30,743 bases of DNA from a virus. Taxonomy: Duplodnaviria; Caudoviricetes. Where the stretch lies: positions 1 to 30,743 of the IMG/VR virus record IMGVR_UViG_3300037762_000045, one strand, 5' to 3'. A model generated the notes under the pieces. It searched no databases. It had not been told where the DNA came from and saw nothing but the letters and a program-made list of their open reading frames with translations. Below, piece by piece: positions 8,987-18,189 of the stretch. Numbering within the stretch: the first letter of the stretch is position 1; the number at the start of each line of letters is the position of its first letter. A program made the position numbers and the translations under genes.

Positions 8987-9402
8987 TGGCGATCGGCAAG
9001 GCGATCAAGGCGCGCCTCACCGCGCACGCCGGCACCGACGCGCTCGTGGATGGGCGGATCTATCCGGAAGAGGCTCCGCAGGGTCCCACGTACCCACTGA
9101 TCGTATACCAGGTCATCGGCGCGCCGAGAACGTACGTGATGGGTGGTGCCACGGGCGAGGTTGATGCTGACGTACAAATCGACTGCTACGCTGGGACTTA
9201 TGAGGAAGTGGGGGATCTCGCGACGCAAGTCCGGCTCGCGCTCAACTTCTTCGCGGGAACGTCGGGTGGCGTGGTGGTCGAGCGGGTGTTCCTGGATAAC
9301 GAGTTTGGCAACCCCGAGCCGCAACTTGTCCGGTCGGACGAGGTTGGCATTCGCCGCCGCACGATGTTGTTCACGGTCCACTACGCGGAGGCCGTCGCGT
9401 GA
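8986..9402 (+). CDS. Tail terminator/completion protein (DUF3168-like)
   Basis: LVDGRIYPEEAPQGPTYPLIVYQVI, VQIDCYA..YEEV..LA..VR.AL. Start at the TGATG overlap. Confidence 0.85.
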   Translation: MAIGKAIKARLTAHAGTDALVDGRIYPEEAPQGPTYPLIVYQVIGAPRTYVMGGATGEVDADVQIDCYAGTYEEVGDLATQVRLALNFFAGTSGGVVVERVFLDNEFGNPEPQLVRSDEVGIRRRTMLFTVHYAEAVA

Positions 9403-10127
9403 TCGTCCAGGACAGGAAGTTGTGGTGCGGCGGCTTCGACTTGAGCGGGCACATTCAGGGCATCGCGTTCGACGCTATGGTCGAGATGCAGGACGACACG
9501 GTGCTAGGGAATACCGCACGCTCCAACGCCCCCGGGCTCGACGACTTCGCGCTGCAACACGAGGGCCTGTGGTCGGCGGGTGTCGGGCTGCCCGACACCG
9601 TGCTCACGTCACAGCAGGGCCTCGCGGACGTGCTTGCGACGGTCGCGCCGGTGGATGGCGATGCGGGCTCGCTCGCCTACTTCATGCGCACGACGCAGGG
9701 GCTGTACGCGCCGTCCGGTGTGGTGGGTGAGTTGTTCCGGTTCAGCGTCTCGCTATCGGCTTCGGGCGGCATTGGTGCGGTGCGCGGAACGATCCTGCTC
9801 AACGGGACGGCCGACTCGACGGACGACGGTACCGCGTTCGAGCTCGGAGCGGTTGGCGCGAGCGGCAAGCTCTACGCCGGCCTGCACGTCCTGGCCGTGA
9901 GCGGCACGAATCCGACGCTCGACGTGATCGTGGAGTCCGACACCCAGGAGGACTTCCTCGACGACCCGACGACGCGGATCACGTTTGCCGAAGCCAGCGC
10001 GGTCGGTAGTGAGTGGGCGACGCCCGTCTCGGGCGCGATTACGGACGAGTGGTGGCGGGTCGGCTGGACGCTTGGCGGCACGAGCAGCCCGTCGTTCGAT
10101 GTGGTTGTGGTCGTCGGAATCCAATAA
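9399..10127 (+). CDS. Tail-tube-like protein with extra C-terminal domain
   Basis: N-terminal half is paralogous to 10140-10541 (VEMQDDTVLGNTARSNAPGLD), followed by about 110 additional beta-rich residues. Confidence 0.65.
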   Translation: MIVQDRKLWCGGFDLSGHIQGIAFDAMVEMQDDTVLGNTARSNAPGLDDFALQHEGLWSAGVGLPDTVLTSQQGLADVLATVAPVDGDAGSLAYFMRTTQGLYAPSGVVGELFRFSVSLSASGGIGAVRGTILLNGTADSTDDGTAFELGAVGASGKLYAGLHVLAVSGTNPTLDVIVESDTQEDFLDDPTTRITFAEASAVGSEWATPVSGAITDEWWRVGWTLGGTSSPSFDVVVVVGIQ

Positions 10128-10139
10128 GGGAGACGAGGA

Positions 10140-10541
10140 ATGATCTACGACAATGCCTTTCTGTCGCTCGACGGCAACAGCCTCGCCGGCTTCCTCGAAA
10201 GTGTGGAGCCGAGCTTCGAGGTCGAGATGCAGGACGATACCGTGATGGGTGACACGGCGCGCTCGAACGAGCCGGGCCTCGACGCCTGGAGCTTCGCCGT
10301 GCGGGTCAAGAACCCGTTCACCGACAACGGCCCGGACGAAATCATCTGGGACCTCAAGGGCACGACGTTCCCAGTCGTGTTCCGGCCGGACGCGGGCACG
10401 GCTGCCGCGGGCAACCCGGAGTATACGGGCACCGGAACCTGGTCGTCCTGGAACCCTGTTGCCGGCAACGTCGGAGACAACACGATCGGCACGCTTCAGG
10501 TCGTGGCGTCTGGTGCGCTGGCCAGGGGCACGGGGGCGTAG
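10140..10541 (+). CDS. Major tail tube protein
   Basis: 133 aa with AGGGAG RBS and TTG start. VEMQDDTVMGDTARSNEPGLDAWS, VFRPD..AAGNPEYTGT and GALARGT fit a siphovirus tube protein in the tail module. Confidence 0.75.
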   Translation: MIYDNAFLSLDGNSLAGFLESVEPSFEVEMQDDTVMGDTARSNEPGLDAWSFAVRVKNPFTDNGPDEIIWDLKGTTFPVVFRPDAGTAAAGNPEYTGTGTWSSWNPVAGNVGDNTIGTLQVVASGALARGTGA

Positions 10542-10960
10542 TGGCCCGCAAGCGGACGGTCACCGACCTCGAGGGCGTCGACGACCTGGCGGCTGCCATC
10601 AAGCGACTGTCCGAGGACGTGCAGGGCGAGCACCTACGCGGAGCCGCCGCAGCCGGCGCGGAGATCACGCGCGACGTCGCGAGCCAGCTTGCTCCGGTGT
10701 CGGCCGACGGCTCGCACGGCCACGCGCCCGGCTTCCTCGCTGCGCACATCGAGGCTGAGGTGAAGTTCACGCGCACGCAGGACAAGGCTGAGGTCCACGT
10801 CGGGATGCACAAGGACGCGTGGTACGGGCGGCTCCAAGAGACGGGCACGCAGTTCCAGCCGGCGCAGCCGTTCCTTCGACCGGCGCTCGACGCGACGAAA
10901 GACGACGTGGTGGCCGAGATCAGGGACCAACTCAGGGCACGGATACTCAGGAGCCCCTAG
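10541..10960 (+). CDS. HK97 gp10-family neck/tail component
   Basis: LEGVDDL..AIKRL, LAPV, AWYGRLQETGT..QPAQPFLRPALD. Confidence 0.9.
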   Translation: MARKRTVTDLEGVDDLAAAIKRLSEDVQGEHLRGAAAAGAEITRDVASQLAPVSADGSHGHAPGFLAAHIEAEVKFTRTQDKAEVHVGMHKDAWYGRLQETGTQFQPAQPFLRPALDATKDDVVAEIRDQLRARILRSP

Positions 10961-10969
10961 GGAGATGAG

Positions 10970-11395
10970 ATGCTGACACGCGAGGAGTTCCTCAAGGGCT
11001 CGGACCTCAAGCGCGAGGAGGTCGAGATACCGGGGGGCGGCAAGGTGCTCATGCGAGAGTTGACCGTGGGCGAGCGGCTCGACTGTCGGAAGCGGTGGCT
11101 GTCGAGGAATGGGGACGGTGACGACGAGACACTCTCGATCGCCTTCGTCGCGGTGAGCATCTGTGAGCCTGCCGGTGAGCCAATGTTCCGAGCGGACGAG
11201 ATCGACCTCGCGGTGGACCTGATCAAGAAGAAGTCCCTCCGCACGGTCGAGGCGCTTCAAGGAGCGTTCGTCCGCATGAACGGCCTGACCGACGAAGCAG
11301 TGAGCGAAGCCGTAAAAAACTCCACAGAGATCCCGAGCGCCTCCTCCTCCTCCGGCTCGCCCGTGATCTCGGATACCCCACAGCAAGGGCCATAG
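10970..11395 (+). CDS. Tail assembly chaperone (gpG-like)
   Basis: LTREEFL...EEVEIPGGGKVLMRELTVGER; ends ...EAVKNS over the slippery site; lies upstream of the tape measure gene. Confidence 0.85.
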   Translation: MLTREEFLKGSDLKREEVEIPGGGKVLMRELTVGERLDCRKRWLSRNGDGDDETLSIAFVAVSICEPAGEPMFRADEIDLAVDLIKKKSLRTVEALQGAFVRMNGLTDEAVSEAVKNSTEIPSASSSSGSPVISDTPQQGP

Positions 11396-11547
11396 CCGGA
11401 GAGCTGGAACCCGACGACGAGAGATTTTGGGCCGCCTACTACCTGATCACTGACAGCATGGGCAACCCCGAGGTAACGCAGTGGGATTCGAAAGAGACGG
11501 CCAGGCAAAAGCTCCAGGTGGAGGCCAGGCGCAAGCTGAGGCGGTAG
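10970..11547 (+). CDS. Tail assembly chaperone frameshift fusion (gpGT-like, about 192 aa)
   Basis: The -1 frame from A AAA AAC (11314-11320) reads LHRDPERLLLLRLARDLGYPTARAIAGELEPDDERFWAAYYLITD...RRKLRR to TAG 11545-11547, just before the TMP start at 11549. Confidence 0.85.
11314..11320 (+). promoter_or_regulatory. -1 programmed ribosomal frameshift slippery heptamer
   Basis: A AAA AAC in X XXY YYZ register with the chaperone frame (GTA AAA AAC). Confidence 0.85.
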
Positions 11548-11548
11548 C

Positions 11549-13330
11549 GTGGCGACGACGCTAGCCAGTCTCGTAGTCCGGATAGGTGCCGACGTCACTG
11601 GCGTCACGGCCGGCCTGAACACGCTCGACAAGCGCACCCGCAAGCTCAAGAAGCAGTTCACGTCGGTCACGGACTCAACTCTCACGTGGCAGGGTGCGCT
11701 CGGTGTGCTGGCTGGCGCGACGGGCCTCGCTTTTGTGGCCAAGAAGGTGTTCGACCTCGGCGCGGGCGTGGAAGAAACCGCCTCCAAGTTCAACACCGTG
11801 TTCGGGCCGTCTGTTCAGGGCGCGCAGAAGTTCCTCGACGAGTTCGCGAACACCGCCGGGCTGACGGTCACGGAAGGCCGCGAGTTGCTCGCCACGACGG
11901 GCGCAATCGTGCAGGGCATGGGCATGAGCCAGGCCGCGTCTTCCGAGTTCGCTCAGGAGATCGTGCGGCTCTCCGGTGACTTCAGCTCGTTCAACAACAT
12001 CCCGATCGCCGAGACCTCCCGGGCGATCCAGTCGGCGCTGACCGGCGAGCGTGAGAGTCTCAAGCGGCTCGGCATCGTGATCCTGGAAGCGGACGTCCAG
12101 AAGAAGGCGCTCGCGATGACGGGCAAGGAAGTGGTCGGTTCGCTCACCCAACAAGAGAAGGCGACGGCCACCCTCACGCTGATCACGGAACGGGCGGGTG
12201 TCGCTGTCGGCGACCTCGCCCGCACGATGGACTCGCCGGCCAACAAGGCACGCAAGCTCGCGGCGCAAGTGCTCACCGTCCGGGACTCGCTCGCACATGC
12301 GCTGCTGCCTGCCATGGCCGTGGTGCTGGAGGAGTTGGGTGCCATCGGAGGCGATAGCGGTTTTGCGGGGCTCTCGCACAAGATCAGGCAGGCCGACGCC
12401 GACATCGCCGCGTGGGCGAAGTTCGCGGTCGAGACGTTCAAGACGGTGGCGCTGGCGATTGCCGCTCCGGTACGCATCGCGTTCAACCTTGGCGAGGTGC
12501 TCGGCAAGGTACTGGTGGCCGCCGCTCAGGCGATGACCGGCAACTTCGAGGGAGCGCGAGAGACGCTTGGCTCGATGGTCGGTGATTTCGGCGATATGCG
12601 GGACGCTATCACCAACGTGATCGCCGGCTTCGACAACATGCGTGTCGCCTCGGGTGCCGCATGGCAGACCGTCCCGACGCCCGACGTCATCGCGCCGATC
12701 GTGCAGAGCACCGACGCACTGGGGCTCAGTATCGACAATCTTGCAAAGCGCACGTTCGACCTGGACGTGGGCCTGCTTCCGCTGCCGGAGCTGCTCAAGT
12801 CCGCGGGTCAGTCCGCGCTCAAGGCAGGCGAGGAGTTTGACTTTGGCGCGGCGATGATGCGGAGGCTCGGTGATGAGATAGGCGACATCGCGCTCGCGGG
12901 CGTGGACGCCTTCGCGGACTTCGCGGAGGGTGCCGGTGACGCGATCGGCAACTTCGTGAAGGCCGCAATCTCAGACCTCGCCCGGCTGGCCGCGAAGATG
13001 CTGATCATTCGTGGCATCATGAGTGCGCTGCCGGGCGTGGGCAGCTTCCTCGGTTTTGACCGCTTCCTTGGAGGCTTCGCGCACGGCGGCACGATCCCGG
13101 CAGGCAAGTTCGGGCTGGTGGCCGAGGCTGGCATGCCGGAGGTCATCAGCAAGCCGTCGTTCGTGCAGGGGCCGGCTCATGTGACCCCGATGGGTGCCGG
13201 TGGCGGGGTGACTCTCAACGTCAACATCGAAGGCCCGCAGAACGTTGTCGAGATGGAGCGGGATCAGAAGTGGCTACGTAGCCTGAACAACTCGATCCTA
13301 AACCTGGAACAGGCGGGGGCGACTCGGTGA
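11549..13330 (+). CDS. Tape measure protein
   Basis: 593 aa, Ala/Gly-rich and helical. N-terminal LASLVVRIGAD, ALTGERESLKRLGI and C-terminal GFAHGG...GLVAEAGMPE. Confidence 0.92.
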   Translation: MATTLASLVVRIGADVTGVTAGLNTLDKRTRKLKKQFTSVTDSTLTWQGALGVLAGATGLAFVAKKVFDLGAGVEETASKFNTVFGPSVQGAQKFLDEFANTAGLTVTEGRELLATTGAIVQGMGMSQAASSEFAQEIVRLSGDFSSFNNIPIAETSRAIQSALTGERESLKRLGIVILEADVQKKALAMTGKEVVGSLTQQEKATATLTLITERAGVAVGDLARTMDSPANKARKLAAQVLTVRDSLAHALLPAMAVVLEELGAIGGDSGFAGLSHKIRQADADIAAWAKFAVETFKTVALAIAAPVRIAFNLGEVLGKVLVAAAQAMTGNFEGARETLGSMVGDFGDMRDAITNVIAGFDNMRVASGAAWQTVPTPDVIAPIVQSTDALGLSIDNLAKRTFDLDVGLLPLPELLKSAGQSALKAGEEFDFGAAMMRRLGDEIGDIALAGVDAFADFAEGAGDAIGNFVKAAISDLARLAAKMLIIRGIMSALPGVGSFLGFDRFLGGFAHGGTIPAGKFGLVAEAGMPEVISKPSFVQGPAHVTPMGAGGGVTLNVNIEGPQNVVEMERDQKWLRSLNNSILNLEQAGATR

Positions 13331-15036
13331 GCGCCCCGCTCCAACACGACGCGGCCTTCCGCTACACGGAGAGCAGCCAGGCCGCTTACCACTACCTCGG
13401 CGCCAGGCTGCACAAGCCGGTAGCGAACCCGACGCAGCAGGTGTTCACGCACTGGAGCGCGGACCGGACGACCTCGCGGCGTGTCGCCATCGGCTCAGGC
13501 GTATCCGACCTGGCGGCGCTCGTGCGTTTCGATGGCAGCCCGCAGAGCCTGCATGACTTCATCCAGGCCGGCCGTAGGGGCGCGAGCATCGAGTACTTCC
13601 CCTCGCTGGCTGAGCCGTGGCTGAGCTTCCCGTGTGAGTTGGTCGAGGCGAGTCCCATCCGTTCGGATGCTTCGTTCTGGCACGCGCGCCGGTTCGAGTC
13701 GGACGTGGTGCTGAGGCGTGTTGACGGCGGCTCCTGGCAAGCCCTCCTAGAGGCTCCGTTCTTCTACTGGCGTGCCGGCAACCTCCCGGTTGGCCTGAGC
13801 TTCACCCGCGCCGGAGCCACGGCCACCGAGATAGACGAGTTCGGCGTCCTCACCGCGCTCGCGGCGAACATCCTGCGGACGGACCATCTCGACCTCGACG
13901 GCGATGGGATCCGTGGGGATGTGGCGGTGCCGCTGGAACGCGCCAGCCAGAACGAATTCCTGCACTCGGAGTCCCTGGGAAACGCCGCTTGGACGAAGGT
14001 CGCGGCCTCAATCGTGGCGGACCAAGCGGTAGGCCCCGACGGGCTGGCTTCCCTCGACGAGATCGTCGAGGATAGCGCCAACGCCACGCACCACGCCCAC
14101 CAGCCCGCCACCGGCATGACGGCGGACGCCAACTATGCGGTGAGCGGCTTCTACCGAGAGAACACGCGCGGGTTCGTGCGGCTCGTCATCTCGGAGACGG
14201 CGGCGGCGGCCAACTTCGTGCAGGCTTGGTTCGACCTGTCGGACGGCTCGGTCGGCACGACCGCCGCCGGCGGTACCGGCACGTTCGTGCGTGCCTACGT
14301 GGAGGACTTTGGCGGCGGGCTCTACCGCTGCGTGCTCGTGGGTTCTGTCGCCAATTCCGCGACCGCCATTTCCGGCAGTGCCAGGCTCGCGACGGCCGAC
14401 GGCGTCGGCAGCTATCAGGGCGATGGCGCGTCGTCGATCTACGGCGGGTTCATGCAGCTGGAGGACGCGACCCCGGCGGCCACGTCCTACATCACCACGA
14501 CCACGGTTGCCGTCGCGCGCGGAGTCGAGTTCTTCCAGGTCCAAGGCATCCAGTGGACGCCGCAGAGCATCGTCGCAGCCGGCGGGTTCACAGGCTACAT
14601 GAAGTGGGTGGAGCGCGGGACCGCGTTCACGGGCGCTACCGCGCTCTACTGGAACGCCGGCGGTACGACCGACCGGATCGTCCTGTTCAGCTCTGCCACC
14701 GACCGCCAACTGATCGGGCAGTTCTCGATGACCGGCAGCGCGTCGGCTCAGAGCATCGCGAACAGCGCAGTGACGCTCAACGCGACGATGGAGGCGCGCG
14801 TCGTCGTCTTCCTCGACGGAAGCGACTGGAAGGTGCAGCTGCACTACAGCGTGAACGGCGCGGCCGAGGTCAGCGCCACGGCGGCAACCATCGGTGCGTC
14901 GCTCCCGGCCGCGTTCGACGAGGACGACATCACGCTCAACAGTCTGCACGCCGGTACCTCGCCCGGCATCTGCCACCATGAGGCCCTCAAGCTCCAGCCC
15001 GGCAACCTCTCGATGGCTGAGTGCCGGAGCCTCTGA
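13327..15036 (+). CDS. Distal-tail (Dit-like) protein fused to putative carbohydrate-binding/fibre domains
   Basis: Follows TMP. About 145-aa N-terminal domain, then FTRA.ATAT, ERASQNEFLHSE...AAWTK and GFMQLE...ATSYITTT, motifs of phage fibre/spike domains. Confidence 0.6.
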   Translation: MSAPLQHDAAFRYTESSQAAYHYLGARLHKPVANPTQQVFTHWSADRTTSRRVAIGSGVSDLAALVRFDGSPQSLHDFIQAGRRGASIEYFPSLAEPWLSFPCELVEASPIRSDASFWHARRFESDVVLRRVDGGSWQALLEAPFFYWRAGNLPVGLSFTRAGATATEIDEFGVLTALAANILRTDHLDLDGDGIRGDVAVPLERASQNEFLHSESLGNAAWTKVAASIVADQAVGPDGLASLDEIVEDSANATHHAHQPATGMTADANYAVSGFYRENTRGFVRLVISETAAAANFVQAWFDLSDGSVGTTAAGGTGTFVRAYVEDFGGGLYRCVLVGSVANSATAISGSARLATADGVGSYQGDGASSIYGGFMQLEDATPAATSYITTTTVAVARGVEFFQVQGIQWTPQSIVAAGGFTGYMKWVERGTAFTGATALYWNAGGTTDRIVLFSSATDRQLIGQFSMTGSASAQSIANSAVTLNATMEARVVVFLDGSDWKVQLHYSVNGAAEVSATAATIGASLPAAFDEDDITLNSLHAGTSPGICHHEALKLQPGNLSMAECRSL

Positions 15037-17960
15037 TGAGCACCGCAACCGCCATCTACAGAATCCGCGTGGCAGATGCCGGAGCCAGCGTCGTCGAGGG
15101 CAACGTCGCGCTGACGCTCACACAGGCCGACATCACCGAGACGCCGATCCTGTCCGGTCCCTCCGTCGAGCCCTTGGCCGGCAAGACGGTCTCCATGCCG
15201 TTCAGCGTCCGCTGCATCACCGACAGCGTGCTGTTCACCGACTCCGGCCGTCTCACCGGCCTCGGCCGACTCGCGGAGATCCAGCGCAGCGTGGACGGCG
15301 GCGCGTTCGTCACGATCGGCACCGGCCGTATCAGCCACTTCGCGGAGAGCGCGCGCGGCGGCATCGACGTGAGCGTGAGCGACGAGAGGTGGGTCGAGCG
15401 GAACTCAGAGATTTTCCGGACGACGGACACGATCCAGCTGCACCCGCCGGGGCTCGCGGTGGCATGGAATGGTAAGCCCGCCGCCGGCGAGGCGACCTAC
15501 GTCGTGCTGGCGGTCGAGAGCAACGACCTCGTGAAGATCGGACCGCAGGGCGAGACGCGGACCGAGAACATGGCGAACGTGCCCGAGGGGCTGAAGCGTG
15601 CGCTCGCGACCGACCTCGTGGCCCCCGAGGACCGTGACGGATCGGCCACCAACTCGGCCGGCAACTTCACGTCGCTGCGATTCCGTAGCTCGAGCGTCGA
15701 CTACACGGTGCTCAGCTTCCGGCCACTGCTGGGTGGCGCGAGTGGCGGGCTCACTCATACCGGCCTACTAGGTACGCTGGCGCTCAACGTGCCGGGCGGT
15801 GTCGGTAGGCTCGCTCAGGCGTGGGTCTACATCGAGAGCCACGGGCTGTCGGTCGGCAACACCATCGATGGCCGCTTCTACTTCTCGGACTTCGTGCAGG
15901 TCAACGACCACGCACCGCTGCACATCGGTGGCGCGACCGGCATCCACCCGATGGTGTTGCTCCAGGACATCCTCGACGGTGACTACGGCGGCGAGCCAGT
16001 CAACTACGACTCTGCCGCGATGGCTGCGCTCCAGGCGCTTTCGATGCGGCCGGTATGGGCCAGGATCACGGAGCCGAAGGACCGCGCGAAGTGGCTGGAG
16101 GCGAGCCTTTACGCTCCACACGGTGTCGTCCCGCTCGTAGGTACCGACCTCCAGCTCCGGCCTACGTCGTTCTGGCAGCCGCAAGACGAGGACCCCGACA
16201 CCTACACCGAGCTCGGTGCCTCAGGCGCGTCCGGCCTGACCTGGGAGCACACGAGCCGCGACCTCGTGACGGTGATCGCGTGGAAGTCCCAGGCGCTCAT
16301 CCCGCTCGACGATGACGCGGGCGGGCAGGCGGCCGACTTCATGGACGCCGAAGAGCAGGCGCTCACCGAGATCGAGCACGACAACGTGGCGACGCTCGGG
16401 CGGATCGTGCGCGAGATCAAGACCGACCTCATGTGGGACAACCACGTGTTCGGCTGGGACCGCTACGTGTTCGGCGTCGCGCACGCGCTCGCCACCGAGC
16501 TGTTCCATGTCTTCGGTGACGGAGCGCAGCGCGGCCGGATCACCGTACCCGACACTGCGGCCGTGCAGGTCGGTGACACGGTGGTGCTCGACCAGGACAC
16601 GCTAAAGGGCTACAACCCGGGCACGGGCGCCAGGACCGGCGACCGCATCGTCATGCTGCTGGGGTTCAGCGAGATGCGGCCCGACGCCACGACGTTCGAG
16701 TTCTTGGACTTGGGGCCGGACGCTCAGGCGCTCGACGTCCCCACCGTCTCGGTCGCTCAGTCCGTCACGGACCTGGAGCTTATCGAGGTGACGATCAGCG
16801 ACGTGCCGGTCGGTGCGACGGCGATCGTCGAGGTAGAGATTGCGGCCTCACCACCCACCACGTTTACCTACGTCCGCGCCGGCGTCGGCAACGAAACCGT
16901 CAACTTCCGCGTGCCGAACCCCACCGGCAACGCCTACGCTCGCGCCAAGAGCGTGCAGCCGGGACGCATCAGCTCGGACTGGGGCACGGACGACGTGGCG
17001 CTCACGGCTGCGCCTCGCATCAGCGCCACCGTGCGGCGCACCGGAACCGGCGTGGTCGTCACGTGGACCGCGCTCTCGAACACCGCGGGCGTCCGTACCA
17101 GCTACGAGATCCACTCGCTCGCCGAGCAGCCCACCAACTTCGCGAACCAAGCCGACTTCGACGTGGCGGACGGGGGTTTCAGCTTCACGATCCCGGGCAC
17201 GCGCGACATGGCGACGGTGCAGCTCGTGCCGTATCCGACGTTCGGTGGCGGCTCGGTGAGCGGCACGCCAGGAACCGCCGTTGTGTTGCAGGCGTTGCGG
17301 CCTCGGGCCGGTGGAGGCGGTGGGCGGGCGCCTACCGTGCGGGAGGATTATACGCGGCGGCGTGCGACTGCCGTCCTCGCCTTTATCGACGCCGACGCCG
17401 AGACGGTCGTGGCGGCCGTGGGCGATTCACAGACGGTGAAGATGTACGTCACCGTAGGCGACGGCACGACGCCCTCGGACCCGACCGCGTCGGTCAACGA
17501 CGGTGAGATTAACGGCGCGTCCGGTTCGGTATCGACTGGCGTCGCAATCACCCCCGGCCAAGACGCCATCGTGAAGGTCATTGCCGAGGACAACCTGGGG
17601 GAGCTGTCCGAAGTGGTGACGACGCGCGCCACCAGCGTTGTGGGCTCCGCGAGGTTCACGGCGGCCGATCCGGTGTTCAGCGGGAGCGTGACGGTTGAGG
17701 CCGGCGAGGGGGGCGACCGCATCGTCCTGACGAACGATACAGGCCGTGGCTCCCTCCGCTTGTTCAACGCCAGCGCCGTCCTGAAGGCGGCAATCACGGC
17801 CCAGTCCGCTGGCGTGGTCATAGCCACGTTCGGAAGTGACGACATGAGCCTCACGCCGGGCACCAGCGGTCTCATCATCATCACGCAGATACCATCGTCG
17901 GACCCGGGCGTTGCCGGGGCGCTCTGGCACAGCAGCGGCGACCTGAGGATCAGCCTCTGA
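15036..17960 (+). CDS. Tail tip / hub-central fibre protein
   Basis: About 974 aa from the TGATG overlap; the largest tail gene. C-terminal half has FN3/Ig-like beta patterns (YARAKSV..GRISSDW, VVVTWT) and ends P.SDPGVAGALW. Confidence 0.65.
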   Translation: MSTATAIYRIRVADAGASVVEGNVALTLTQADITETPILSGPSVEPLAGKTVSMPFSVRCITDSVLFTDSGRLTGLGRLAEIQRSVDGGAFVTIGTGRISHFAESARGGIDVSVSDERWVERNSEIFRTTDTIQLHPPGLAVAWNGKPAAGEATYVVLAVESNDLVKIGPQGETRTENMANVPEGLKRALATDLVAPEDRDGSATNSAGNFTSLRFRSSSVDYTVLSFRPLLGGASGGLTHTGLLGTLALNVPGGVGRLAQAWVYIESHGLSVGNTIDGRFYFSDFVQVNDHAPLHIGGATGIHPMVLLQDILDGDYGGEPVNYDSAAMAALQALSMRPVWARITEPKDRAKWLEASLYAPHGVVPLVGTDLQLRPTSFWQPQDEDPDTYTELGASGASGLTWEHTSRDLVTVIAWKSQALIPLDDDAGGQAADFMDAEEQALTEIEHDNVATLGRIVREIKTDLMWDNHVFGWDRYVFGVAHALATELFHVFGDGAQRGRITVPDTAAVQVGDTVVLDQDTLKGYNPGTGARTGDRIVMLLGFSEMRPDATTFEFLDLGPDAQALDVPTVSVAQSVTDLELIEVTISDVPVGATAIVEVEIAASPPTTFTYVRAGVGNETVNFRVPNPTGNAYARAKSVQPGRISSDWGTDDVALTAAPRISATVRRTGTGVVVTWTALSNTAGVRTSYEIHSLAEQPTNFANQADFDVADGGFSFTIPGTRDMATVQLVPYPTFGGGSVSGTPGTAVVLQALRPRAGGGGGRAPTVREDYTRRRATAVLAFIDADAETVVAAVGDSQTVKMYVTVGDGTTPSDPTASVNDGEINGASGSVSTGVAITPGQDAIVKVIAEDNLGELSEVVTTRATSVVGSARFTAADPVFSGSVTVEAGEGGDRIVLTNDTGRGSLRLFNASAVLKAAITAQSAGVVIATFGSDDMSLTPGTSGLIIITQIPSSDPGVAGALWHSSGDLRISL

Positions 17961-17968
17961 TGAGCAGC

Positions 17969-18187
17969 CTACTTGTCGCGTGCGCAGCGAGTCCGAAGGA
18001 CGGTGGCTCGCGTCCGGTCCGGCTCGTGGGCTTCCAGGTCGGTGCAGGCTTGCTCCTCCCCGGTGTCATCCGATGTGGTGCGACTGGGTACGGTCGGGCT
18101 CACGCAGGCCGCCAGCACGATCAGGGCGAGGGCGAAGGATCGACACCGGAATCGCGGGCGACGGCGCTCCCGCGTCTCTTCTTCCAT
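17969..18187 (-). CDS. Small lipoprotein (72 aa), candidate superinfection-exclusion factor
   Basis: MEEETRERRRPRFRCRSFALALIVLAA-C-VSPTVPS...: basic n-region, hydrophobic h-region, LAAC lipobox. Purine-rich RBS GGAAGGAAAGAGAG precedes the ATG. Confidence 0.6.
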   Translation of the reverse strand: MEEETRERRRPRFRCRSFALALIVLAACVSPTVPSRTTSDDTGEEQACTDLEAHEPDRTRATVLRTRCARDK

Positions 18188-18189
18188 CT

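Noticed and set aside
14008-15048. 346-aa minus-strand ORF
   Set aside because: Shadow of the plus-strand tail gene; long antisense frames are expected in GC-rich DNA.
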